Shown: in pieces, positions 31,910 through 42,492 of the stretch | Layout of the letters: each line of letters starts with the position of its first letter | How positions within the stretch are numbered: position 1 is the stretch's first letter | Notes under the pieces: generated by a model | Told to the model about the DNA's origin: nothing | The model's database searches: none | What the model saw: the letters and a program-made list of their open reading frames with translations, nothing else | Program-made: the position numbers and the translations under genes | From: Candidatus Eiseniibacteriota bacterium | GTDB taxonomy: Bacteria > Eisenbacteria > RBG-16-71-46 | Direction of reading: 5' to 3' | Length of the DNA: 64,000 bases | NCBI GenBank assembly: GCA_963725865.1 | Contig: CAVSAC010000010.1 | Location: 544,001 to 608,000, forward strand

Positions 31910-34870
31910 TCAAACAGATAGGGACTCTGGTTCGAGTTGTACGGATGCGACGCGCCCGTCCGCGGAGGGTCGCCCGGACGAGGAGCCGAAATGAGTGCGA
32001 TCGCTTCGGCGATACGGTGGGTTCGCGGCTCGGCTGGAGTATGAACTCAGGTCGCCGACGCCACCGGGTCCGCTCGCCGCGATCCGCACGACGCGGGGCG
32101 GCGCGTTGGTGCTGGAATTCGAGAAGCTCTGGTTGGAGCCGGGGTCGGCCACGTAGAGCGCGCCGTCGGGACCGAACGCCAGCGCGTGCGAGCCCGACAG
32201 GTTCCGGAAGCCGCTCGCGAACACGCTGGCCGTACCGGAACTGGTGACGCGCACGATCCGCTCGTTCAGGATGTCGGCGACGAACAGGTCGCCGCCGAAG
32301 CGGCCGCTTGGATCGAACGCCATGCCGCTCGCGCCGTTGAGCAGCGCGGGATCGGTGACCAGCGTCGTCACCACCCCGGCCGGCGAGACGCGGCAGATGC
32401 GCCCGAGGCCGTTGGTGCTGGAGCTGACCGAGCCGAGATTGGCGTCCGCCACGTACAGGTCGGTGCCCCACGCGCCGCCGGGGCCGCACGCGAGGGCCTC
32501 GGCACCGTTGAGGCTGCCGTTGGCGGTGAACGCCGAGATCACGCCGGCCGGCGAGACCACCGAGATCCGGTTGTTGCTGGGATCGCACAGGAACCAGCGA
32601 TCGCCGAACGCGCCGACGCCCCAGGCCACCGCGCCGGTGCGGGTCGCGCTCGAGGGCCCGAGCCACAGGTTGGTCATGCGACGCGGGTCGATCTGATAGA
32701 GCCCGGTGGCGTCGCACACCGCGAGGGTGCCGTCGCCGGCGCGCGCCATTCCCTCGGGCCGGGTCCAGCGCGAGTCCGAGAGCCACGAGCCGAAGTCTCC
32801 GCCGAGCGTGAGCGTGAACACGCGGTCCCACGCGGCATCGCTCACCAGCAGGACGTCGGGGCCGATCCAGGGTGCCGGCAGCAGCCCTTCCGGCGCGCGC
32901 GGGCCCTGGGTGACGATCGGGTCGACCACGAAGCCGCCGGGGACCGTGATCCCGGTGGGGATCCCGCTGGTCACGAACGTGGCCGCGAACGGCGCCGCCA
33001 ACGCGGAGCCGTCGAGCCCCCGCAGCGCGGCCGCGAACGACCAGCGATAGGTGGTGCCCGCGCTCCAGTCGGCGGCCGGGAAGAAGTGCGCCTCACGCCC
33101 GCTCACCTGCCACGAACCGCTCATCGCCGGCACGATCGCGAACGCGGCGGCGACCGTGGCGGGATCGATCGCGCGATCGAACACGACCCGCAGCGGGGCG
33201 TCGAGCGCGCCCAGGTGCATGTCGTGCCCGGGGAAGATGCTCGTGAGCGCGAGCGGCACCGCGGCGGCCGCGTGCGCGGCCAGCGATTCGAACACCCGCG
33301 CCCCGCGAGCGAACAGGCGCACGTCGAGCGCCCCCCCGGCGCTCACGGTGTCCTGGATCGCGGGCTCCAGCGCGTCCACCAGCACGCTCCCCGCCGGCCA
33401 CGGCGTCGGCAGTCCGCCATGGGCGAGCGGGGCATTCGCGTCACTGAGCGTCACCAGCACGGTGTCCGCCGCCGTCTCGCGTGTGTAGGCGTAGAAGCCG
33501 GCCCCCGCCGCCTCGGCGTACCGCACGGTGGTCGTGCCGCGACGCAGCGCCGCGTGCCGCCGCCGCGCGTCCGCCAGCGTGCGCACCCAGCGGGCGAGCG
33601 GGTGGACGAGGTCGAAGTTGTCGCCATCCGAGGGCCCGAAGTCCCACTGCCCGTCCCACATGTCTTCGCGACAATAGGGATCGCCGCCCCCGTCGAAATC
33701 CTGCTCGGTGCCGTAGTAGATGCACGGCACGCCGCGCGACGTCAGCAGCCACGCGAGCGCCCCGCGCGCCTTGGCCTCGTCCTGGCTGGCAGGCCCGTTG
33801 AAGCCCACGAAGCGGGCGTTGTCGTGGTTGTCGAGGAACGTCACCAGCTGTTCGCGGCTGCTGGGATCGTAGGCGGTCAGCAGTTCGTCGCGCGCCGGGA
33901 TGTCGGCCGGCGGGCCGCCCCACGCGTACACACCGTTCGCGGTGTAGAACATCGGGTAGTGGAGCATCGAGTCGAACTTGTAGTTGCCGCCGCTGACGGT
34001 GCCGGTGTACGAGCCCACCTTGGAGTCGCTGCCGTCGAACGACTCGCCGAACAGGAAGAACCGGGTCTTCCCCACCGCGCTGGCGTGCGCGTGCACCGCG
34101 GCGCACCACACGTCCCAGAACGGCATGTCCACGTGCTTGACGGTGTCGACCCGGAAGCCGTCGCAGTCCGTGCTGTCGATCAGGAACGCGGCCGCCTCGA
34201 TGAGCGCGGACTGTACCGCCGGGTCCTCGGTCTTCAGGTCGTTGAGCCCGAACAGCTGGCCGAGGATCTGCTCCGGATCGGAGTAGTTCCCGATGTCACC
34301 GTAGGGGTGGAACTTCGTGAGGTCGTCGAACGGCGGTGCGAACCGCCTGGCGGGATCCACCCACTGGAGCGCGTAGCCCGCCGGGTAGCGGTAAGCGGGC
34401 CATCCGGGATCGGCGCTGTTGATGAGCACGCCCATGTGATTGCAGACGACGTCGATCACCAACACCATCCCGCGCGCGTGGAGGTCGGCGGCGAGCGCTC
34501 GCAGCTCGGCGAGCGAGCCGAAGTGGGGCGCGATCGAGAACAGGTCGCGTGCCGCGTATCCGTGGTACTCGGCGTTCGCGTTCAGCACCACCGGCGAGAT
34601 CCACACGCCGTCCACTCCGAGACTTTGCAGGTAGTCGAGGCGCTGGCGCAGCCCCGCGAAGTCGCCGCCGTGGATCCGAGCCCCGTCCGACGGCGCGTAG
34701 GATCCTTCGACCGCGTCGTTCGACGGATCGCCGTCGGCGAACCGATCCGTCACCACCTGGTACAGGATCACGTCGCGCCAGTCGGCCGGCGATGGCGTCA
34801 GCGCGCGCGCGGGGATCGCCACCGCCAGCGCCAGCGCGACGACTGTCAGCTCGATCCCGATGCCCCGCAT
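31910..34870 (-). CDS. Secreted GH13 alpha-amylase with an Ig-like (Big_5) domain and an NHL-like beta-propeller
   Basis: Signal peptide; ILYQVVTDRFADGD, HGGDFAG, YHGY, DVVCNH, DGFRVDTVKHV, FGESF, FLDNHD, GVPCIYYGTEQ. C-terminal GPDGALYVAD-type repeats. Confidence 0.9.
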   Translation of the reverse strand: MRGIGIELTVVALALAVAIPARALTPSPADWRDVILYQVVTDRFADGDPSNDAVEGSYAPSDGARIHGGDFAGLRQRLDYLQSLGVDGVWISPVVLNANAEYHGYAARDLFSIAPHFGSLAELRALAADLHARGMVLVIDVVCNHMGVLINSADPGWPAYRYPAGYALQWVDPARRFAPPFDDLTKFHPYGDIGNYSDPEQILGQLFGLNDLKTEDPAVQSALIEAAAFLIDSTDCDGFRVDTVKHVDMPFWDVWCAAVHAHASAVGKTRFFLFGESFDGSDSKVGSYTGTVSGGNYKFDSMLHYPMFYTANGVYAWGGPPADIPARDELLTAYDPSSREQLVTFLDNHDNARFVGFNGPASQDEAKARGALAWLLTSRGVPCIYYGTEQDFDGGGDPYCREDMWDGQWDFGPSDGDNFDLVHPLARWVRTLADARRRHAALRRGTTTVRYAEAAGAGFYAYTRETAADTVLVTLSDANAPLAHGGLPTPWPAGSVLVDALEPAIQDTVSAGGALDVRLFARGARVFESLAAHAAAAVPLALTSIFPGHDMHLGALDAPLRVVFDRAIDPATVAAAFAIVPAMSGSWQVSGREAHFFPAADWSAGTTYRWSFAAALRGLDGSALAAPFAATFVTSGIPTGITVPGGFVVDPIVTQGPRAPEGLLPAPWIGPDVLLVSDAAWDRVFTLTLGGDFGSWLSDSRWTRPEGMARAGDGTLAVCDATGLYQIDPRRMTNLWLGPSSATRTGAVAWGVGAFGDRWFLCDPSNNRISVVSPAGVISAFTANGSLNGAEALACGPGGAWGTDLYVADANLGSVSSSTNGLGRICRVSPAGVVTTLVTDPALLNGASGMAFDPSGRFGGDLFVADILNERIVRVTSSGTASVFASGFRNLSGSHALAFGPDGALYVADPGSNQSFSNSSTNAPPRVVRIAASGPGGVGDLSSYSSRAANPPYRRSDRTHFGSSSGRPSADGRVASVQLEPESLSV

Positions 34871-35315
34871 CCACCGCCCCCGCTGGGTCACGCTCACGAT
34901 CCCGCTCCTCGAGTTGGTCCTCGCCGTGGTGTCGAGCGCCCGGATGAAGCGCCACGGGCGCATCCGATCGCTGTCGCGCGCACCGCGTGGGACGCGGGCA
35001 CCGTGGCCGCGTGGGGTCCTCCGCGGGCGGATGCCTTCGCGCTCGACAGCGTCGTGAAGATTGTCCCACCCGCGGCGTGCCCGCGAAAGCCGCCGTGTCG
35101 CATCCCATCGCCCACGCGGTCGTGCGTGCCTTGCGCCCGGCGTCGACTTCGTGCGACTCTCGCGCCGCTCGCAATCCCGGTTCCGGCGCCGCGTCGCGCT
35201 GCCGTGGTCGCAAGAGCCGCCGGAGGTGGGGCGGGATGCGCCTCGCCCCCATCGGCCCGACATCCAGCATCCCCGGGCGCGCTCCCCGCGCGCCGCCTCA
35301 CACGGAGGTCCTCCG

Positions 35316-36563
35316 ATGCGGTTGGGTCCGCGGGTCGTCCTCGCGCTGCTGTCCTCGCTCGTGCTCGCCGTGACGCTCGCCGGCTGCGGGGGCGGCCGGT
35401 CCTCCGCGGGCGCGAAGAAGCTCGTGCTCTGGACTCAGATGGATCCCGAGGAGCGCACTCGCTTCCAGCGCAACCTGGATACGTTCAAGGCGAAGCACCC
35501 GGACGTCCAGATCGAGTTCGTCCCGTACGACACCGAGAACCTGCGCACCCAGTTCCAGACCGCCGCCAGCGGCGGTGGCGGACCCGAGATCATCTTCGGG
35601 CCCTCCGATCAGGTCGGCCCGTTGTCGCTGCTCAAGTTGATCAAGCCGCTCGAGACCACCATGCCGGCCGGCTTCTTCGACCGCTTCGTGCCCCAGGCGC
35701 TCGACACGCTCGACGGCCACCTGTGGGCCGCGCCCGACCAGGTCGGCAATCACCTGACGCTGGTCTACAACAAGGCGCTGGTGAAGCGGGCGCCCGAGAC
35801 GGCGGCGGAATTCATCGCGCTCGCGAAATCGCTGACGAAGCCCGCCGTGGGCGGACGACAGGCGCAGTACGGCTTCGCGATGAACGTCATGGAGCCCTAC
35901 TGGCTGGCGCCCTTCCTCGGCGGCTACGGCGGCTGGGTGATGGACGCGAACCAGCAGCCGACGCTCGACACGCCGGCCATGGTGCAGGCGCTCGAGTTCC
36001 TCAAGGATCTCAAGGACCGGTACGGGATCATGCCGAAAGAGAGCGACTACCAGATCGCCGAGACGCTGTTCAAGGAAGGCCACGCCGCGATGATCGTGAA
36101 TGGTCCCTGGTCGTGGTCGGCCTATCGCAAGGCCGGCATCGACGTCGGCGTGGCGCCGCTGTTCAGGCTCCCGAACGGCGCCTGGGCCCAGCCGATGACC
36201 GCGAGCAAGGGCTATTCGATCAACGTGAACGTGAAGGACGCGCAGCTGCCGCTGGTGATCGAGTTGATCGACTTCCTGACCTCGAAGGACGCCGAGCTGC
36301 TCGACGCGGTGGCGCTCGGCACGCTGCCCAGCGACAAGGAGGCCTACGCCGACCCGACGATCCAGGCCGACCCGACGCTGCAGGCCTCGCAGCGGGCGTT
36401 CGAGCTCGGCCGCCGCATGCCCGTGGTGCCCGAGATGCGCGCGCTGTGGGACGTGATGCGGCCGGGGATGCAGAAGGTGATGAACGGCTCGGCCACGCCC
36501 GCGCAGGCGGCCCGCGAGATGCAGGCCGCCGCGATCCAGCAGATCGCCGGGATGAAGCAGTAG
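35316..36563 (+). CDS. malE: Maltose/maltodextrin ABC substrate-binding lipoprotein
   Basis: GGAGG RBS, lipobox LAGC, GPEIIFGPSDQVG, FKEGHAAMIVNGPW, MPVVPEMRALW. Confidence 0.88.
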   Translation: MRLGPRVVLALLSSLVLAVTLAGCGGGRSSAGAKKLVLWTQMDPEERTRFQRNLDTFKAKHPDVQIEFVPYDTENLRTQFQTAASGGGGPEIIFGPSDQVGPLSLLKLIKPLETTMPAGFFDRFVPQALDTLDGHLWAAPDQVGNHLTLVYNKALVKRAPETAAEFIALAKSLTKPAVGGRQAQYGFAMNVMEPYWLAPFLGGYGGWVMDANQQPTLDTPAMVQALEFLKDLKDRYGIMPKESDYQIAETLFKEGHAAMIVNGPWSWSAYRKAGIDVGVAPLFRLPNGAWAQPMTASKGYSINVNVKDAQLPLVIELIDFLTSKDAELLDAVALGTLPSDKEAYADPTIQADPTLQASQRAFELGRRMPVVPEMRALWDVMRPGMQKVMNGSATPAQAAREMQAAAIQQIAGMKQ

Positions 36564-36576
36564 TCGGGCACCCACC

Positions 36577-37458
36577 GTGCTGCGCGCGCCGCGTTCGTTC
36601 CCCTACCGCCTGCTGCTGCCCGCGGTGATCGTGATGGCGGCGGTGGTGGCGTACCCGTTGCTCTACAACTTCTACCTCGCGTTCCGGAACATGGGGCTCT
36701 ACACGTTCCGATCCCACACGTGGGTGGGGCTCCAGCAGTTCCGACTCATCCTCTCCGAGCCGATCTTCTACAGCCTGCTCGTCAAGTCGATGATCTGGAC
36801 GATCGTGAACGTGTTCTTCCACGTCACGCTCGGCGTGTTCCTCGCGATGCTGCTCGCGGGCCCGATCCGGGGCCGCACGTTCTTCCGCACGCTGCTGATC
36901 CTGCCGTGGGCGATGCCCCAGTACATCTCGGCGCTGACCTGGCGCGGGATGTTCAACTACGAGTACGGCGCCGTGAACCTGATCCTCACCCGCTGGCTGC
37001 ACCTGCCGGCGGTGCCGTGGCTCTCCGATCCATTCTGGGCGTTCGTGGCGCCGATCCTGACCAACATCTGGCTCGGCTTCCCGTTCATGATGGTGATCGC
37101 GCTCGGTGGCCTGACCGCCATCCCGAAGGAGCTCTACGAGGCCGCCGACCTCGACGGCGCCAACGCGTGGCAGAAGTTCAGCCGCATCACCATCCCGCAG
37201 CTGGTGCCGGTGCTGGTGCCGGCGGTGCTGCTGGGCACCATCTGGACGTTCAACAACATGCTCGTCGTGTGGCTGGTCTCCAACGGCGGGCAGCCGGCCG
37301 ACCAGACCCACATCCTGGTGACCTACATCTACAAGGTCGCTTTCACCTACACGCGCTACTCGTACGCCGCGGCGTTCTCGGTCGTGGTGTTCGTGTTGCT
37401 CCTCGGCTTCGTGATGTGGGTCATCCGGCGCACGTCGCAGCTGGAGGCGAAGGCATGA
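36577..37458 (+). CDS. malF: Sugar ABC permease (MalF-like)
   Basis: Six TMs, NIWLGFPFMM, ELYEAADLDGA (EAA motif). Confidence 0.88.
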   Translation: MLRAPRSFPYRLLLPAVIVMAAVVAYPLLYNFYLAFRNMGLYTFRSHTWVGLQQFRLILSEPIFYSLLVKSMIWTIVNVFFHVTLGVFLAMLLAGPIRGRTFFRTLLILPWAMPQYISALTWRGMFNYEYGAVNLILTRWLHLPAVPWLSDPFWAFVAPILTNIWLGFPFMMVIALGGLTAIPKELYEAADLDGANAWQKFSRITIPQLVPVLVPAVLLGTIWTFNNMLVVWLVSNGGQPADQTHILVTYIYKVAFTYTRYSYAAAFSVVVFVLLLGFVMWVIRRTSQLEAKA

Positions 37459-38300
37459 GCCGCCGGTCGGGATCGCGCTGGACGCCGGGTCGCGTGCTGG
37501 TCCACGCATTCCTGGTCTTCTTCTCGCTGGCGACCGTCTATCCCATCCTGCAGATCGTCACCATCTCGCTGCGGCCCGGCGACCAGCTCTACTCCACCTC
37601 GCTCGCGATCATCCCGGAGCACGCGTCGCTGGACTCGTACCGCATCATGCTCACGCAGAAGCCGTTCCTGCGGTGGATGCTCAACTCGTTCCTGGTCTCG
37701 GTGGCCGTGACGGTGTTCGGCGTCACGCTCGCCTCGACGGCGGCGTACGCGTTCTCGCGGTTCCGCTTCCGCGGCTGGCGCGCCGGGATGTACTCGTTCC
37801 TGCTCACCCAGATGTTCCCGGCCACGATGACGATGCTGCCGCTCTACGTGATGCTGCAGAAGCTCGGGCTCATCAATACCTACACGGGACTGGTCGTCGC
37901 CTACACCGCGACCGCGCTGCCGTTCTGCGTGTGGACCATGCGCGGCTACTACGACACCATCCCGGTCGAGTTGGAACAGGCCGCGCTCATCGACGGGTGC
38001 GGGCCGTGGGCCGCCTTCACGCGCGTCACGCTGCCGCTGGCCGCCCCGGCGCTGGCGATCACGGCGCTGTTCTCGTTCATGGCGGCGTGGTCCGAGTTCC
38101 TGGTGGCGCGCATCGTCATGAACCGGCAGGAGCTCTACACGCTTCCGCTGGGGCTCGAGAGCCTGGCCGGACAGTTCCAGACCGAGTGGGCGAACTACGC
38201 GGCCGGCTCGCTGATGGTGTGCGTGCCGGTGATGGTGCTGTTCGTGGTGCTCAACCGCTACCTGGTCGAGGGACTCTCGCTGGGTGGCGTGAAGGGCTGA
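37455..38300 (+). CDS. malG: Sugar ABC permease (MalG-like)
   Basis: ATGA overlap; AAYAFSRFRF, QMFP, IPVELEQAALIDG, GLSLGGVKG. Confidence 0.9.
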   Translation: MSRRSGSRWTPGRVLVHAFLVFFSLATVYPILQIVTISLRPGDQLYSTSLAIIPEHASLDSYRIMLTQKPFLRWMLNSFLVSVAVTVFGVTLASTAAYAFSRFRFRGWRAGMYSFLLTQMFPATMTMLPLYVMLQKLGLINTYTGLVVAYTATALPFCVWTMRGYYDTIPVELEQAALIDGCGPWAAFTRVTLPLAAPALAITALFSFMAAWSEFLVARIVMNRQELYTLPLGLESLAGQFQTEWANYAAGSLMVCVPVMVLFVVLNRYLVEGLSLGGVKG

Positions 38301-38414
38301 GCGAGGAGCGCGCGGTCTCGACCGGCGTCGCGCGAAACCAGGAGCCGGATCGAAGGCCGCGCCCGGCGACCCACCGCATCCGGCGCGCAGCGACGCGGTC
38401 CGCGGACATGACGA

Positions 38415-38443
38415 ACGGGGCGGGCCGTGTGGGCCCGCCCCGT
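38415..38443. terminator. Hairpin between convergent genes
   Basis: ACGGGGCGGGCC-GTGTG-GGCCCGCCCCGT, 12-bp perfect stem. Confidence 0.6.
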
Positions 38444-38463
38444 CTTCATCTCCTGATCGAACG

Positions 38464-39381
38464 CTAGCGATAGAGCGTCTTCAGCCCGCCCCAGGTCGAC
38501 GAGGTGGCCGGCGTCACGCCCGGGCACACCGTGAAGTACTGGTTGCCGCCGAGCGACGCGAAGTTGACGGCGCGCGGCTCCGCGAGGTTGCCCGCACCCG
38601 TCGCCGGTCCGAGGACCTGGTTCGACAGGTAGTCGTGGCTGGCGCCGTTGACGAACGCGCACACCTTGACGCAGCCGGTCGGATTGCCGAGCAGCGCCAG
38701 CGGTACCGCGACCTCGACGCCGGTCGTCACGCCCGCGCCACTGCCCGGGCTCGGCGCCGCGCCGCCGACGCCGGCAGCGTTGCTGTTGTTGATCGTCACC
38801 TTGACGCCGAGCGACGGATCGACTCCCGGCGCATTGCCGCCGGTCAGGTTGCCACCCACCTGCACCGCGCCGCCCTGGCCGAGGTAGTACCCATTGCCGG
38901 TGCCGATTCCGACGTAGTCGACGTACAGGGCGTACGGGCCGCCGCCACCCGTCGGGCTGATCCACGTATCGGCGTTGAAGCCGGCGTCGAACGTGAGGCC
39001 GTTGCCGCTGCCGTCATCCGCCATGCGCAGGAAACCGCCCTGGTTCGAATTGCTGCCGAGCAGGCGATTCTGTCCGCCGGCCTGACCCGCGTCGATGAAG
39101 ATCTCGAGCTTGTTGAAGTTGGACTCGAGGTTCCCGGCGAGGAGCAGGAAGAGATAGCCGCCGCCGATGCTGCCGTACGCGGCGTCGAGCTCCGAACCGT
39201 TGGCGTAGTCGATTACGCCCATGTTCGCGTCGCCGAAGCCGGTCTGGGTGTCCTGGACGGAGAGCGGGGGGCCGTACACGGCGTCGGCCGTCCCGTCGAC
39301 GACCTGGGCGTGCGCCGACACCACCAGCGCGATCGTGAACATCGATGCGAAAACGAGAGTAGCGAAGCGCTTCACGGTCAT
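38464..39381 (-). CDS. Secreted DOMON/CBM9-like beta-sandwich protein with C-terminal TWGGLKTLYR tail
   Basis: Strong RBS (GGAGAAGGAGGAC-ATG), signal peptide AHA/Q, VVDG, ELDAAY, LEIFID, GVEVAVPLALLG. Confidence 0.75.
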   Translation of the reverse strand: MTVKRFATLVFASMFTIALVVSAHAQVVDGTADAVYGPPLSVQDTQTGFGDANMGVIDYANGSELDAAYGSIGGGYLFLLLAGNLESNFNKLEIFIDAGQAGGQNRLLGSNSNQGGFLRMADDGSGNGLTFDAGFNADTWISPTGGGGPYALYVDYVGIGTGNGYYLGQGGAVQVGGNLTGGNAPGVDPSLGVKVTINNSNAAGVGGAAPSPGSGAGVTTGVEVAVPLALLGNPTGCVKVCAFVNGASHDYLSNQVLGPATGAGNLAEPRAVNFASLGGNQYFTVCPGVTPATSSTWGGLKTLYR

Positions 39382-39690
39382 GTCCTCCTTCTCCAAGGTG
39401 CAGTGGCAATGAGGGACCCGTGGGCCGCACTGCTCCCACGCTCGTACCCCTTGATGTTATCAATACTTCCGCGCCGGAGTCCAACCCGGTGCGGCTCCGG
39501 CGAGCGCTGTCATGCGGCGCCGCGGGCGCGTCCGACCGGGCTCACGAAGCGCTCGCGCAATCCGGTCCAGGACGCCGCGATGGGTGCCCGGGCGGGCACC
39601 CGGGCGCTCCCGGTCCTGCGCCGCTCGAGACCGATGGGCGGGCCTCGCAGCGCCCGCCCATCCCCTGCGTGAGGTGGATCCGGCCGCGCG

Positions 39691-42190
39691 TTACCGGGCG
39701 AGCACCATGCGTCGTGTCAACCGCTCCCCGTCCATGGACAGCTCGTACAGGTAGATCCCGGCTTGCACCCGCTGGCCGGACGCGTCACGTCCGTTCCAGG
39801 TGGATTCGTGCACGCCGGACTCCAGATGGCCGTCGACCAGTCGCGTGACGCGCCGGCCCGCGATGTCGAACACCGTCAGCGTCACGCGGCCCGAGCGCTT
39901 GAGCTCGAAGCGGATCGTGCTGCGTGCCATGCCGGGATTCGGGAACGACTGCAGCAGTCGCGCGAAGTCCGCGCTGGAGCCGGGACGGAGATCGATCGGC
40001 CCGGGGCCCGTCACGTCGAGCACGCTGCAGTAGTCCCACCGATCGAGCGGATGCACGATCGGGTTCCCCACCGAGTATTGGGTGTCGTCGAGAAACAGCG
40101 TGCGATCCGGCACGCCGCCGGAGCACTCGTACGCGTTGTCGAGGACGTACTTGTAGGAGAGCGTCAGTCCGGTCGAATCGGGGAACGTCACCAGCCGGGT
40201 GAAGATGTGATCCGAGACGCGGGCATCCGGAGCGATCCCGTTGTCCAGCAGGGTGCCGGCGGCGGCCGGCGGCCAGTTGAACGTGAGCGGAGCGCGGTCG
40301 CCGTTGATGGAGACCGTGTCGGCGGCGGTCGGCGGCCCCGCGGGGAACATGTCGACCGTGAACAGCACCGCGATCGCCTTGTCGGTGACCGAGCAGCGAT
40401 CCACCTTGCGCGCGGGCAGCGAGAGCGGACCGTGCAGCCCGCCGACGGTGTCGGCGAGCGACTCGTTGATCGTCACCGAGCGATTGCCCTGGTCCGGGCA
40501 CTCAAACGCTCCGTTCAGATCGGTCTTCCACTCCACCGTCTTGAAGGTGCACCCCGGGAACCGCACGATCGCCGAGTAGATCTTGTCGCCGGCGACCGCG
40601 TCCGGGAAGACGCCGTTGTCGAGCATCGGCTTGCCGGGCTGCGTGAACGCGAGCGGCGCGACATTGCCCATCATCGTGATCACGTCCGCGGGGCCCACGC
40701 CCTTGTTCGAGGCGTCGACGCGGAAGATCACGTCCACCGCGTGGGTCAGGAAGTTCACCGGGTCGTCGTTGTTCCAGGAGACGTTGAGCGCGACCGAGGC
40801 GCCGTTGTCGCTCGTCAGGTGGTAGGTGCGATTGCCCGTGAAGCCTTCGTACTGGCTGCAGTTCCGGGTCAGCTTCCACTCGAGGTCGGCCTCGGCCCTG
40901 CCCGTGCCGGAGTTCTTGGCCATGCAGAACGGCACCGTCACGGTGTAGGTCGAATCGCCGTCGAGGTCGGTCATGAACGCGTTGTCGCAGAGCGCGAACG
41001 AAAGCGGCGGCAGGCTGCCCTCGACCGCGAACGTGTCAGCGGCCGCGAACAGATGGGAGCACAGGTTCACGGTGACGTCGGCGTTGAAGATCAGGTTCTG
41101 GATGAAGAACGAGCCGACGTTCGTGGTGCCGTTCGCCACGATGATGTTGCCGGCGATGTCCTTCACGTTCGTCTCGGTCATGTTGAAGAAAGTGGCATTC
41201 GAGCTGATCGGCAGGTTGAGCGTCAAGTGGACGACGTTCAGCGCCGCGGCATCGCGCACCGCGCTGCTCACCGTGCGCACCACCGGACCCGAGAAGGCGT
41301 AGTTGCCGGCGGTCTGCGAAGTCGTGAGATCCACCGGCTCGCTGAACACCACGTCCACGCGGTTCGTGCTCAGGCTGAACTGCTTGTTCGGCAGCAGCGG
41401 GAAGTTGACCGCCGTGGCGCTGGTGACGGTCGGCGGCACGTTGTCCGTGGCGTTCAGGACGGTGTAGGGCAGCATCTGCGTCATCTGCACCACCGCGCGT
41501 CGTGTCGTAGGTGGTCGAACTGCCGCGCGACATCTGCACGTCATTGCTCGCGAGGGCGTCGAGCGGTCCCTTGGTGGTGCCCTCCTGCGTGACCCAGAAC
41601 TCCAGGTGCAACACCGCGCCCGCGGACACGCCGAGCACCGAGAGCGGCAGCCGCAGCTCGCGGAACGTCAGGCTGTCCACGATGCCGAGTCCGTTGGAGC
41701 CGGAGCCCCAGCCCGGATTCACCGACGTCGAGACGTTGTCCCACACCGAGGTGCCGCCGTTCCAGCCGTAGAGCACCTCGTAGTTGAACGTGTTGCAGGT
41801 CGTCGGGGTGACATCGTAGACGATGAAGTCCGGCTTCTGAGCGAAGTTCGCCCAGCCGATCGAGCGCCCGAACGGATCGGTCGCGCCGCCGCCCGCGGTG
41901 CCCACGTCGACCGCGAAGCCGAGATTCATGTCGCAGTAGCAGGTCTTCGAGAACTCGATGCCGATGTAGAGGAAGTTGTTGTCGTTGGTCACGTAGACCT
42001 TGCCGAGATCCATCGGGTACACGGGTGGGGCGCAGCCCTGCTGGGTGTCGTGCGTGTCGTCCCGCAGCAGGTTCGCCGCATTGAAGTCGTTCACGCCGTC
42101 GACGACGATCGTCTGCGGCACGAACGCGCGCACCGGCACGGCAACCGCGAGCAGGCAGGCGGCCAGGAGTCCCAGACGTAGCAATCTCAT
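39691..42190 (-). CDS. Secreted multidomain protein (DOMON-like, Ig, three CBM20-like repeats, FlgD/T9SS-like CTD), split by a +1 frameshift near 41497
   Basis: Start MRLLRLGLL at 42190; span 2500 = 3n+1. Frames join at ...YDTT / AVVQMTQML. C-terminus FPNP...FDIAGRRV...WNGRD...AGIYLY. Confidence 0.8.
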
Positions 42191-42318
42191 GGAGCGTTCT
42201 CCGAAGCCGGGTCGTGGTCTGATCGCGCACACTGCGATCGTCCCTGCGGGCTGAACCCGGGGAACCCGCGCGGACCGACCGGCGTTGAGCGCCGGCATGA
42301 TCGGGCTGATGTGTCGAG

Positions 42319-42447
42319 ATTCTACCGCCCACCATCGCGCGCCCGCAATGATCGGCCACCGTCGCGTGCGAATCCCACTGGAGTTCGGTGGGACCGATCA
42401 TCGATCGGGGCCGGAGACTTGACCCGGCGGGCGCCGGCGGTCATCCT
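42319..42447. promoter_or_regulatory. Divergent promoter pair
   Basis: Minus strand TTGCGG-N18-TAGAAT (42348-42319); plus strand TTGACC-N17-CATCCT (42419-42447). Confidence 0.45.
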
Positions 42448-42492
42448 GCGCACGCCATCGGCGACCCCTCTTCCGAACTCCCCGAGGTCGAT

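Noticed and set aside
35167..35186. GCAATCCCGGTTCC upstream of malE, similar to GCAATCCGGTCC near 39557, as a LacI-type operator
   Set aside because: Poor palindromic symmetry and only two loose copies; not distinguishable from chance.
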